From positions 9,745,907-9,809,906 of the forward strand of contig CM119264.1 in assembly GCA_051294375.1 (NCBI GenBank): a stretch of 64,000 bases of DNA, written 5' to 3'. A program made the translations under genes and the position numbers. The stretch comes from Paraspadella gotoi. Lineage: Eukaryota > Animalia > Chaetognatha. Below are positions 1 through 11,668 of this stretch, one piece after another. Under the pieces are notes generated by a model. It ran no database searches, was not told where the DNA came from, and was given only the letters and a program-made list of their open reading frames with translations. How positions within the stretch are numbered: position 1 is the stretch's first letter; each line of letters begins with the position of its first letter.

Positions 1-134
1 TCGAGGGTAAAAGGTGCTGCGCCGGCCAGCCGACGAACAGCTTTGTCACAATCGTCCAGGTTTGTCTTGAGAGGACTGACGACGCCGTAGATCGAAGATG
101 GAAAGAATTAAAAGAAGAAACGCCAACCGCTTTC
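1..134 (-). pseudogene. Inverted, indel-degraded ceramide synthase exon (the exon expected immediately upstream of the 476 exon)
   Basis: Minus strand reads tttgcag|GAA AGC GGT TGG CGT TTC TTC (ESGWRFF), then with frameshifts IYGVV..DKP(W)..KLFVGWPAQHLLPS. This matches the CerS 'ES.WRF..Y...YG...L.DKPW......W.G.P.Q.L' segment that precedes WYY. Confidence 0.7.
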
Positions 135-475
135 CTGCAAAGATTCTTGAAAATCCTCCATGGGGAAGAAAATATCATTTTTTCACTTGAAGCATCGATC
201 TGTTATTTTTGAATAAAAATTATGTTCGTACTCTTCTGAAGACCCTTATTTTTTTGTTTAAATTATTTTTCTAAAGTGTTGAACAGGTTTTTAAATTACA
301 TCAGCTGACATAGACGAGTCTGTTTCCAAGCCATTAGGCTTTACATTTTCCTTTTCAAACTTTTTGTTTTTCTGGTTCATTGAGTTTTAGAATCAAAAAT
401 TTTTTTGTAAATAATTCATTACATGAAAATCATGTTAATAATTAATGTTTGGTCTTAAAACTTATCCTTTTGCAG

Positions 476-1496
476 GTGGTATTATTTGATGGAGGCAGGA
501 TTCTACGCTTCCTTGACTTTCTCCCAATTCACTGACGTAAAGCGGAAAGACTTTTGGCAAATGTTTATCCATCACATCGTCACGCTCTGTCTTATGTTCG
601 GTTCCTGGGTCACCAACGTAGTCAGGATGGGCAGCATGGTTTTGGTGAGAATTTTCATCTATTTGATGGACCTTACAATCATATAAGCTAAAAGCGATGA
701 TCTGGAACTCAAATTACACAATAGTTGCATAGATAAGTAGTAGATTAGTAATCATCTTCACCAGGTCGTTCACGACGCCGTGGATTGGCTCTTGGAATCG
801 ACCAAAATGGCTGCCTACGCCAAGTTGGGTCTGCTCTCCCACATACTGGTCGCAATCTTTGCTCTGGTGTGGTTTCTTACTCGTCTCGTGATCTTCCCCC
901 TCCACATCATCCGCAGCTGCATGTAAATATTAAATTTTTTTACTTGGACAAAAACTTAACTCGAACTGAAAACAGATTTAAGTATTGTGTTTGATTTTTT
1001 AACAATTAAATTTTTTTACACCTAACAAAAAGTAACGAACGGACGGACAGCGTTTTTTTTTTTTTTTTTTTTTTTGAATAATTTATCATAATTCGATCTT
1101 CTGAAATGATATAAGTGAATTCCCGACAAGATTGGGGGGGGGCGGACCGACGGACCGACACAGTGAATCATAGTGTCGGGATCTGCTGATAAGCAGATCC
1201 GACTAAAAATATTCTAAAAATAAAACCAAAAACTAAATTTCAGGCTACGATGAGACTCCCACTATTTTCCATCCTGTCACTCCAGGTTCGAAAGTCTCGA
1301 GACGTTCATGGAGCAAGGAATCGAGGGACAAGTGGGCGGTATCTTCTTCCTTCTCATCGGCTGCCTCTTGATCCTCTACGTCCTTCATTGGATGTGGTTC
1401 TACAAAATCGTGCTGCTGGCCGTGAAGGTCATCCGGGGGTCAGAGGTCAAAGACACGAGGAGCGATTCGGAAGAGTCGGACGAGGAAGACGATTAA
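476..1496 (+). CDS. CERS: Ceramide synthase (LAG1/TLC domain), last three exons: 476-644, 765-922, 1286-1496
   Basis: Phase-compatible GT-AG junctions give WYYLMEAGFYASLTFSQFTDVKRKDFWQMFIHHIVTLCL..RMGSMVL|VVHDAVDWLLESTKM..FLTRLVIFP..|MFES..LHWMWFYKI..DTRSDSEESDEEDD*. Contains the Lag1p motif (RKD, HH, HD..D) and the C-terminal DxRSDxE motif. Confidence 0.93.
1037..1210. mobile_element. Non-autonomous Helentron/DINE-like (HINE-type) element end, within a CerS intron
   Basis: GACG/GACC microsatellite, then atagtgtcgggatctgct-gata-agcagatccgact hairpin, then an A-run. The same end recurs at ~5195-5240 and ~8345-8390. Confidence 0.55.
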
Positions 1497-1725
1497 GGAC
1501 TGGATGAGGGAGGAGAGAAAATTTAAAAGATTATGTTGCTACGAGAAAGATGGGAAATAAAAAGAAAAGGATAAAGTCTTTAAAGCAGAGTTACTAGTGT
1601 AAAAAAAGACACATTATTAGAATATTTGATTGTAAATCGGTGTAGAATAGAAATATTGCTGCAATCAGTGATTAACTTCCCCGCTTGATTCATAATTGGT
1701 NNNNNNNNNNNNNNNNNNNNNNNNN

Positions 1726-4020
1726 GCAGTAATCGACAGAGTTTTGATAGAGACTGGAAAAAAAAATCCAGAGAGGCTGTAACTTTTTTGTAAATGCTGG
1801 AAAGTCAGCTGAAAATGCAATACATCGTAGACTGTGAGGTCGGTGGTTTATTATCCCCCAAGGTTAGTAGCCTTTCGAAAATACAAGAAAATATGTGAAT
1901 GGGCATTTTTTGCCGACAAAAATTACTTTGCATACTGTAAAAAAATATGGTAGTAAATATCTTAATATCTTATGGTGGATTACTAACGGGCAAGGGGTTG
2001 CCTAAAACCAGTTGGCTAAAACAAAATGATCAAATACAGCTTTGCTTAATAATCATTGCATACCAGTAGCAACTCATACTTTTTTTATAATATTTGTTTT
2101 CAGTCTTATGATAATTTTAAAAATAATGTATTGTCAAAATAGCTAACTGATACACCAATAACATACAATGCATAAAATAGAATATTGTTATTCTTTAATC
2201 CAATAATTAATTTTTCAACAAAAATATAAAAATATGTATTTTTTTGAACAAATGTTTTTTATAAAAATAGTTAAAATTATGCCCAAACCAACTGTCCTAT
2301 TGCACTGATTACAAATATATATATTTTTTTTAAAATACGACTACTATATTATGAAATATACCTAAACCTTAATCCAGAAAAACACCTTAATTCAAAACTT
2401 TAATAAAAACCGTTTCAATGATATTACATCTCTCATACTTTAATAACATATCAAAGGAGAACCATCAGCGTTTATTTGTGTGAAAGTTATAGATAACTTG
2501 ATAAGGAATGACTGCACAGGAAGGCGAAAAATAGATGGATGAAACTTAATATCAGCTTGTAATTGCAATAATGTACTCTTGCTTAATAAGGCGGCAGAAA
2601 AAGTAAAATTCTTTATTTTTAAGAACGATTCAGATAGCCATAAAAAGTTTTCTACACAAAGTTATAAAATGGCGTTTTTCAATATTTTGATGATAAGTTG
2701 GGTCAAAATAACGGAAAAACTTCTTTTAAAATCAATCATCATCAATCAATCCTACCTAATTTTTTATAGTTTTGTTTTAATATTAAGCACAAAATAACAA
2801 TAATGTGAAATCTTGTAGTAATATGTTTTTTAATATTTATTTTCTCGTCAATCATCATACCTGAAATCCGCTTTTTACAAAAATTCTGATTTTTGAAAAA
2901 AAAATTTTCATGATTGTATAGGTAATACGATAAACTTTAAAAATGCTTCTATATTTATTTATCTACTGATAATATAAAATCTTTAATTTTTTTTTCAATG
3001 TTGTTTCATCCACCAGCTGGATGCTCTTAAAACGTTATTTTTATATAACAAGAAAGCTGCTTAAGTTTTTAACTTTTGCTTCGCGCCTTATTAAGCAAGA
3101 GTATATTATTCAAATTTACAAGTCTGATATAGTTTCATCTATCTAATTTTTTCGCCTTCCTTGTTGCAGTCATTCCTATCAAGTTTATTATAACTTTCAC
3201 ACAATATAACCTGATGGTTCTCCTTGGAATATGTTATTAAGTATGAAGAGATGGTAATATCAATTGGAAACGGTTTTTTATACAACGCTTTTTGAATTAA
3301 GGGTGTTATTTTTTGTATTTTTTTAAGGTTTTGAGGGTATATTTCAATAATAATAGTAGTTCCGTATTTAAAACAATGTATTATATTTGTTATCCAGGTG
3401 CAACCAAGCGACAGTTGTTGGCCCATAAATTACTACTTTTTAAAAAACATTTGTTTCAAAAAAATACATAATTTTTTATATTTTGTTGAAGAAATTAATA
3501 TTGGCTGAAAGACATAACAAATATTCTATTATTTGCATTGTATGATTATATGGATGTATCAATCATCGGCTATTATAAATATGAAAATTAAATTTGAGAA
3601 TGAACACTAAATTATTATAAAGAGATAAGATATATTGCTACTGTGTATGAAATGAGGTTTTAACAATGCTGTATTTTGATCCATTTTTTGTTTTACCAAC
3701 TGGTTTAAGGCAAACCCCCTCCCGCGTTTATATCAGCCATAAAATATAAAGAGTTAATTTCTATACCATTATTTTTATTTTACAAGTATGCAAATTAAAT
3801 TTTTATTGTCCCAAAAAATGCCCCTCATTCACATATTTTTTTTTATTAAAAAGTGGCCCTCAACTCTTCTATGGGTGAAATAAACGCAGCTCAGAGTCCT
3901 AACCCGTTTATTTCGATTTTATCAGCTGATTCAAAGCCATTTACAAAAATATTACAGGCCCTCTCCCTGGACTTTTTCCCAGGTTTCGCTTCCAAAAGAA
4001 ACCGAATACTGGTTATTTGC
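1726..4020. repeat. Noisy inverted repeat (arms ~1730-2620 and ~3060-4010)
   Basis: 1981-2040 (ggggttgcctaaaaccagttggctaaaacaaaatgatcaaatacagc) is the reverse complement of ~3668-3725, and 2575-2600 (ctcttgcttaataaggcg) mirrors ~3083-3101. Many small indels between arms. Confidence 0.85.
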
Positions 4021-4739
4021 CCCGCCAAAACTAATTTCGGAGCATTTCTTTGATATGGGAATATGTAACCATTTAATTGTAACCCGAGACTTTTTATACA
4101 TCCTATTTGTTTTATGTTTTTTATCTGTTATTTTTCCGGTAAACGTTTTTTCAAACCATTTCTATACAATTTGTTTTCTCCTGCGTCTTATATGTATATT
4201 CTTCAATTTTTTGTTGATTGCAAATCTGTTGAAACTACGATAATTTTTTGCGTGAAATCCAATTTTTATAAAGTGCCAGCAATTCTACGTTAAGGAAAAC
4301 ACCCTGAAAGGCCCTCCAATCCAATAAGGGCAAAAAAAAAATACAATAATTTAAACCGAGTAAGCCGCCCTCCTAAGAGATTAAAAAGAGATAAAATTTT
4401 TGTATTGTTGCCCTGCGCTTAATTATTAAGTTAACGGCGACATGCTATGGAGAATTAAAAAAGAGACAATAGAAAACATTGAAAAAATGACAGTATAACA
4501 TTTTTACTATTTATTACTTCTTATTTAAAAAATTTTAATATAGTATTATCAAGACTTTAAAGGCTTTAATATTTGTATGCATACGATCTAACTTAAGTTT
4601 AAATAATAAAAAGGTGCACACACAAGAAAAAAAAAGACTGTCATTCATTAATTGTTAACAGAAAATAAGTACCAAGACGGTTTTGTTTTGTAACAATTAA
4701 AACCAAGTTTGGCAAAACAATGCGGATCTACCACGATCA

Positions 4740-7700
4740 GATAATTTAATTTTTTATTTAATTAAATTTAAATTACAAAAAAGTTAAATGAATATTAAAT
4801 AACTAATTTATTATAGTTTATTCAATTGCAAGCTCGATTTATATTTAATATAAAAGGAAAAAAATCAGTAATTAAATAGTAAAATAGATTTTTTTGTTTT
4901 CTTCCATTTTAACTCATTTCCCCTTGGACCGATTCCATCGAAACCTTAGGTATTTCCAGCTCATCATACTTTTTTTTATTGTAATCCAGCCACACCAGAA
5001 TTTCAAGTAAATCAGGATAAAATCAAAGTAAATCAAGTAAATTTTCAAAAAGTAAAATAGCGTATCGGAGGATTGAATGGCAGGGGGATAGACGGACAGA
5101 CACAACAGCAGACGGACTTGAACATGCAATCCTCAGGTGGAATAAACGACAAGATTGGCCGGCGGCGGACCGAACGGACCGACCAAGTCCAAATTAATAG
5201 AGCCGGAATCTGTCTGTAAGACGATCCCCCGGCCTTAAAAAAAAGAAAAAAGACTGGATCTGTTTTTTTTTGTGTGGTGTAATTTTTGTTATTTTTTTCC
5301 AGTTGTACAACCGTACGACTTTTTTCTGTAACAATAAATTGCATTTAATAATCCTTTTTTTTTCTGTGTCAAGAAAAATCATGTATTGATCAGAAAATGA
5401 AAATCGAATCGAAATTATCAACGCGCACACCGAACAGATCATAATGAAAAAGCTTCCATTATTTTTTTTATTCAAATACAAGTCCTTTCGAAAAAAAAAT
5501 TTAAATGACAACAACGACAAATTTTTTTTTAATTTTGTGGTTAAAAAACGTTCAGCTCGGTCTTTCGGAAACAGTCCTTCACAACGAGCAAACAGAAGTT
5601 TTCGAAATAATATTTTAAATCTTTGTGAGACCAAAAAGAGAAGAGAAAAGAAGAAGAGTGTAGGAGAAAGTGTGGCGAAGTGACCTCACAAAGAGGAAAG
5701 AATGAAGGGTGCCCAACTGCCTCTCTGTGAAGTGTGGAAATAGTCCCCACAACTGTCGTGAAAATCAGGTGGGATCCTGGGAGAATTTTTTAGTCCACGT
5801 CAGTTCGCGCCTTGCTCTTTTTCGGGAGAACCTAAGTCCGGGTCCGGCAGTGAGGGCTTTTGCAACAGGCGATTTGAACGGCCCCCGTTCAACCTCTTGT
5901 TGCAAAGGACTGTTCACGACCAGGGTTAGAAAACCCGGGACCCGGTAAAATATGTAAGCTGGTACGGACCAGTGCGCTACTAATTAACTAACAGGCGCTG
6001 ATGGGAAGAATCAGTTGTATTTACACAATCACTACAAGACAGAAAGTAAATTGTCTTTAGTTGCGTCGCGAGTACTTCTGCGAAGCAAACTCCTATAAGT
6101 TTCAGCTTTTTCGGTCGGTTTACCCCGAGTCCGGTCGTGTAATATGTTCCCGTGGTCCCCGTCGGTTCCTGGTCCCACTCCCACATTTATAATATGCAAT
6201 AATAATAATTGCCTATAGTTTATTGCTCATAATTATTATGTTAAGTAACAGAAAATACCTCAAATCTTAAGTGGAACTGCTTCGCGGCCGCCTTCAAAAG
6301 GGATCCCCTTAAAACATAAAATAAATAAAAAGGGATGTAATTTTGAATGCAGTGCCACATCGTGTCCATAAATACATCGGGCAAAAAAAAAGTATTTTAG
6401 TAAATGTTTTGTCATGTCAATGTCCAATTATCAAAGTGCTCAAGAGAAATACACATGAAAGTATAAGTACACTAGTAGTCGGCGCTAAACGACAGTCATG
6501 GAATTATTCGTTCTTAGAGCTTACAAAATAAATTTGAAGAAGTAAGAGAACAGAGTGGTAGTTAGAGGTGATGTGGACTGTAAAAGTGGGATAGCCTTAT
6601 GGGAAGAGTAGGGACTAAGAAAGTTAAAAAAAAAAATAATAAGTGAAATGAAATAAAAGACACCAAATAACACGCAGATAAAAAGCTTCAAAAAAGAGGT
6701 TGAAGTCCATCTTTTGAAAGTGCTCTTTGAACATCTAACAAAGACTTCTCGGGCACATATGAATGAGGTTCAAGCTGAAGGATTTTCCTTTGGTTTTCAA
6801 CACCAAGATGCTACGCAAAAGAAACAGTGGGATCGTTACTGAAAGATGCAATAACCTCGATCACCCTTCTCGTTGAGAGGGGCCAAGCTGGAGGAACAAT
6901 GCACCTTTTACAGCCGCCTAACCTAGTTTCTAAGAATGCGCTTGTGGTGACGTGGTTGGCCGACACAGCCACAAGATGCCCATTGCCTGTCGCAAAAATC
7001 GAGGGGTCAGTTAGGACTAACTTGTTTTATTAAAAATTTCCGTACCTACATTATATGAAGCGTCTCAGCAACTACTTACGTAGTACTAAGGGCTAACCTC
7101 TTTGGTGGCCAATCGCCTAGTCTCTACTCCGTTGGGCTTCAACTGCTCGAGGATTCAATTCACACTTCTTCTACATTCCGAATAGGCGGTCATGTAAACC
7201 CATTTCATAAATTCTTAAAAAAGCATAAGGATCGGTTCGCGCTATTGCATAAGAATCTGATTGATGACAAATTTCGATACTAAAAAAAATCATTTGGAAG
7301 AAAATAAGAACAAAAATCAAATTATGAACAAATAAGAAAATAAAAAAAAATAAAATAATTCACTAAACGCTTCTCACTCTTTCTTGTCACAAATTAAAAT
7401 AACAAATTTAAATTCAACAATAACTCTTGTTTGCGGCTTGATGGAAGAAGTGGTGTATGCTAAAACCCATCGCAACGACATGAAACATGTTAAGATATTG
7501 AACTTTTTTTAGTTTTTGTCACGAAGTACGTACTCATATAAAATGTATACGAAACTCCACTCCTTGGAAAAACAATAATGGTTTGTTATGTTCAGACGAG
7601 GATGATTTTTTCCTCTTATTCAACAAACTGGGTTGGATTTTATAATCTGCCTAAATCAGAAATAAAAAACCCTGTAACAAAAGACTTTGGGCTAAGATCC

Positions 7701-10200
7701 TAAAAAAGCATTATTTTTATTTAATTTACTTTGTTAAACGATCCTCAGGATACTTTTGTAATAACCGTTGTTTTTTTTGACGAGAACCTTTCAAACAACA
7801 ACCAGGAGATTGATCGTAACAATTATAGATATTTAATTTTTTATTTAATTAATTAATTACAAAATACTTAATAATTAATTAATAACTAATTTATTAATAG
7901 TTATTCAATGCAACTTGAATTTATATTTAATATAAAAAGGGAAAAAAATCATAATTAAATAGTGAAATAGATTTTTTGTTTTTTCCATTTTAACTCATTT
8001 CCACTTGGACGATTCCATCGAAACTGGATTTGCAGCTCAATCATACACTTTTTTACCCACACACAGAATTTCAAGTAAATCAGGCAAATCAAGTAAATCA
8101 AGTAAATTTCAAGTAATTAGCGTTCNNNNNNNNNNNNNNNNNNNNNNNNNNNNNNNNNNNNNNNNNNNNNNNNNNNNNNNNNNNNNNNNNNNNNNNNNNN
8201 NNNNNNNNNNNNNNNNNNNNNNNNNNNNNNNNNNNNNNNNNNNNNNNNNNNNNNNNNNNNNNNNNNNNNNNNNNNNNNNNNNNNNNNNNNNNNNNNNNNN
8301 NNNNNNNNNNNNNNNNNNGCGGACCGACGGACCGACAAAGTCAATTATAGAGCCGGAATCTGCTGTAAGAAGATCCGGCTAAAAAAAAAGAAAAAGACTG
8401 GATCTTGGTTTTTTTTTTGTGTGTGTATTTTTTTTTCAGTTGTACAACCGTACGACTTTTTTCTGTAACATATTGCATTAATAATCTTTTTTTCTTGTGT
8501 CAGAAATCATGTATTATCAGAAATGAAAATCGAATCGAATTATCAACGGCCGAACGAAATTAGAAGCTTCATTATTTTTTTTTTCAATACAAGTCTTCGA
8601 AAAAAAAATTAATGACAACAACGTCAAATTTTTAATTTTGTAAAAACGTTCAAGCTTCGTCTTCGGAACAAGCCTTCATCAACGCAAACAGAGTTTCGAA
8701 ATAATTTTTAAATTTTGTGAGACAAGAGCAGAGAAGAGAAAAGAAGAGAGTTAGAGAAGTGTGAAGTGACCCAGAGGAGAGAGGGTGCCCAACTGCCTCT
8801 CTGTGAGTGTGGTTAGCCCCCACACTTCGTGTGCTCAGTGGGTCTGGGATATTTTTCCGTCAGTCGCCTTGCTTTTCGGGACTTCGGGTCNNNNNNNNNN
8901 NNNNNNNNNNNNNNNNNNNNNNNNNNNNNNNNNNNNNNNNNNNNNNNNNNNNNNNNNNNNNNNNNNNNNNNNNNNNNNNNNNNNNNNNNNNNNNNNNNNN
9001 NNNNNNNNNNNNNNNNNNNNNNNNNNNNNNNNNNNNNNNNNNNNNNNNNNNNNNNNNNNNNNNNNNNNNNNNNNNNNNNNNNNNNNNNNNNNNNNNNNNN
9101 NNNNNNNNNNNNNNNNNNNNNNNNNNNNNNNNNNNNNNNNNNNNNNNNNNNNNNNNNNNNNNNNNNNNNNNNNNNNNNNNNNNNNNNNNNNNNNNNNNNN
9201 NNNNNNNNNNNNNNNNNNNNNNNNNNNNNNNNNNNNNNNNNNNNNNNNCACTTTTCGGTCGGTCGGTCGGTCGGTATGTCCGTCCGTCTGTCTGTCCCAC
9301 TCACATTAAAACTGCATATAATTTTCCTATAGTTGGTTGCTCATTTGTTAAGNNNNNNNNNNNNNNNNNNNNNNNNNNNNNNNNNNNNNNNNNNNNNNNN
9401 NNNNNNNNNNNNNNNNNNNNNNNNNNNNNNNNNNNNNNNNNNNNNNNNNNNNNNNNNNNNNNNNNNNNNNNNNNNNNNNNNNNNNNNNNNNNNNNNNNNN
9501 NNNNNNNNNNNNNNNNNNNNNNNNNNNNNNNNNNNNNNNNNNNNNNNNNNNNNNNNNNNNNNNNNNNNNNNNNNNNNNNNNNNNNNNNNNNNNNNNNNNN
9601 NNNNNNNNNNNNNNNNNNNNNTTGATGCAGTGCATGTCATAAATACACGGGCAAAAAAAGTATTTTAGTAATGTTTTGTCATATCATATCATATCAAGTG
9701 CTCAAAGGGAAATACACATGAAANNNNNNNNNNGTGGTGGACGTGGTTGGCCGAACAGCCACAAGATGCCATTCCGCCTCCTTGCGTCAGCAACTACTAC
9801 TAGTACTAGGGCTACCTCTTTGTGGCCATCGCCCTCAGTCTCCCGTGGCTTCACTCTCTCACACTCTCTCACTAACGCTCTCACTCTTCTTGTAACAAAA
9901 TTAAAATTACAAATTAATTCACAACTCTGTTTGCGCTGATGAAGAGTTGTACTACCCACGCTGAAACATGTAAGATTGAACTTTTTTAGTTTTGTCACGA
10001 GTACGTACTCATATCAAAATGTTCGAAATCCTCTGGAAAAACAATATGTTGTATGTCAACGATATTTTCTTTTCACAACTGGATTTATCTGCCCTCATCG
10101 AAATAAACTGTAAAAAGACTTTGCTAAGCCTAAAAACTTTTTTTATTTCTTGTTAACGATCTCGACTTTGTAACTTGTTTTGACGACCTTTCACACAATT
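4740..10200 (+). repeat. Direct tandem duplication (~4740-7800 vs ~7830-10200); second copy partly N-filled
   Basis: Collinear anchors in both copies, e.g. aactcatttcc..ttggac.gattccatcgaaac (4911/7992), cagttgtacaaccgtacgacttt (5300/8436), gtgcccaactgcctctctgtga (5709/8785), cacagccacaagatgcccatt (6964/9755), gtacgtactcatat (7526/9999). Confidence 0.88.
5060..5240. mobile_element. HINE-type element (GACG/GACA repeats plus terminal hairpin); counterpart at ~8120-8390
   Basis: gacggacagacac..ggaccgaacggaccgac..atagagccggaatctg..gatccc.ggccttaaaaa. In the duplicate, the interior is N and the end reads atagagccggaatctgctgtaagaagatccggctaaaaa. Confidence 0.5.
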
Positions 10201-10270
10201 TCTCTCGAATTTCATTTTTATTTTCGATAACGTAAAAAATTGTGTTTTCCTTTATTTTAATAGAAAACTG

Positions 10271-11668
10271 ATGATGTTGATTACTTTGGTCTTCATGTGG
10301 CCGCTTTTCTTTTCGCCCTCGACGGCGGAGATAAAAATCATTGACTTAACCTACAATTTGGATAAAAACAGCCCGATTTGGCCGGGTGCCGGGTTTAAGC
10401 GGTTGAAACGCCTAGAACTCTTTAAAGGGTACTTGGATACAGGATTGTATTTAGAATCGAGCAACATTGAAGGTTGGTAACAATAAACTATGCGTGTATT
10501 GTAATTTAGGTCACCACATCCTCAGTGGCAGATAAGTAAAGCAGCTTGTTCATGTCGTCCAGATCTTTGGATCTGGGGGCATCCCACTTTCTAAATGACC
10601 ACCTGGAAACGGGTCCACTGGGCCAATGAGGTGGTGCGAAGGAAATACTTTTAATTTGTCAGCGGTGATAGGACCACCAGTATACTACAATTCCTTTTCT
10701 CATTTTAGCTGCAAAGACAATTTAATAGATGTGAATTTTGACCTAAGCAGAACCGGAAAATTTAACTAAATAAAAACAAAACAATTTTCGTAAAACATAT
10801 TAATTTCAGTTGCCGAACATTATGGAACGCACATGGATTCTCCGAAACACATGTGCCCGAAAGGTTTGCCACCATATTTTCTGATGCCAGTTTGTTTTTA
10901 GACATTCGTAATGTCTTATCTTTCTCTGCAGCCGATTGTTGGCACGCCCACGAAGTTCCCGCGTCACGTCTCCGTGGAGAAGGAGTCGTCATCGACATTT
11001 CCTCCCGCGCCTCTTGGCCGGACAATCGCGACGCCGAGATGACGGTTGAGGATTTAAGAGAATGGGAGCGAAAGCGTCACCGTTGCATCCCGGACGGCGC
11101 CATCGTCTTGGTTTACTCCGGTTGGGGAAAGTATTGGCAGGATGAAGTCAAGTATCTGGGAAGCGTCAACAACGGGTCGGACCTTCACTTCCCGGGCGTC
11201 TCGCCCGAGGCTGGTACTAATTACTTTTAAGAAAAATTTCATTAAATTGTTTTTCTGGAATATCCTAATCCTAATCACACCTACAAAACATTTTATTCAA
11301 ATCTCGCAGCGTCATGGATCGTAAAAAACCGCCCGCATATCTCCATGGTGGGCGTGGACACCATCTCTGTGGACGCCGGTCAGTCTCTCAACTTTTCAAC
11401 ACACCAAACCCTTTTTCGTTCCAACATCATGGTGCTGGAGAACGTGGCGCATCTCGACGAGTTGTTGGCATTGGCGATGAATAACAGTCACGACGTCGAA
11501 GTCGTCGCCATGCCTCTCAAAATCGTCAACGGAAGCGGTTCCCCCGCTAGGGTGGTGGCCTACGTGTCAGATGAGAAGAAAAACTCGACTCCTCGGGTCG
11601 AATGCCCCGTCCCCTTTGCTATGGCGATGGCGATTGCCTTTTGTTTGAGAGTTATGGTGCGTTTGTAA
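10271..11668 (+). CDS. Cyclase-family metal-dependent amidohydrolase (kynurenine formamidase/isatin hydrolase-like), 4 exons: 10271-10472, 10810-10863, 10932-11213, 11310-11668
   Basis: In-phase GT-AG splicing gives a signal-peptide-like N-terminus, IIDLTY..SPIWPG, the HxGTHxDxPxH signature (EHYGTHMDSPKH), GEGVVID, IPDGAIVLVYSGWGKYW, LHFPGVS.EAA.W, GVDTISVD, VLENV and PLKIVNGSGSPARV. Confidence 0.93.

Noticed and set aside
1244-1285. Alternative CerS acceptor at 1243 (tttcag)
   Set aside because: Gives an immediate in-frame TGA, whereas the acceptor at 1285 is in phase and has a better pyrimidine tract.
6480-6945. Possible LINE 3'-end fragment
   Set aside because: Only a vague resemblance, with no recognisable RT motif in this noisy sequence.
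8005-9668. Long ORFs made mostly of X
   Set aside because: Artefacts of translating N-runs. The same applies at 47.0-47.4, 48.1-48.4, 49.9-50.4 and 61.25-61.45 kb.
10271-11668. Bacterial contamination or recent HGT of a KynB-like gene
   Set aside because: Three canonical spliceosomal introns, a signal peptide and host-like composition. Ancient origin cannot be judged without phylogeny.
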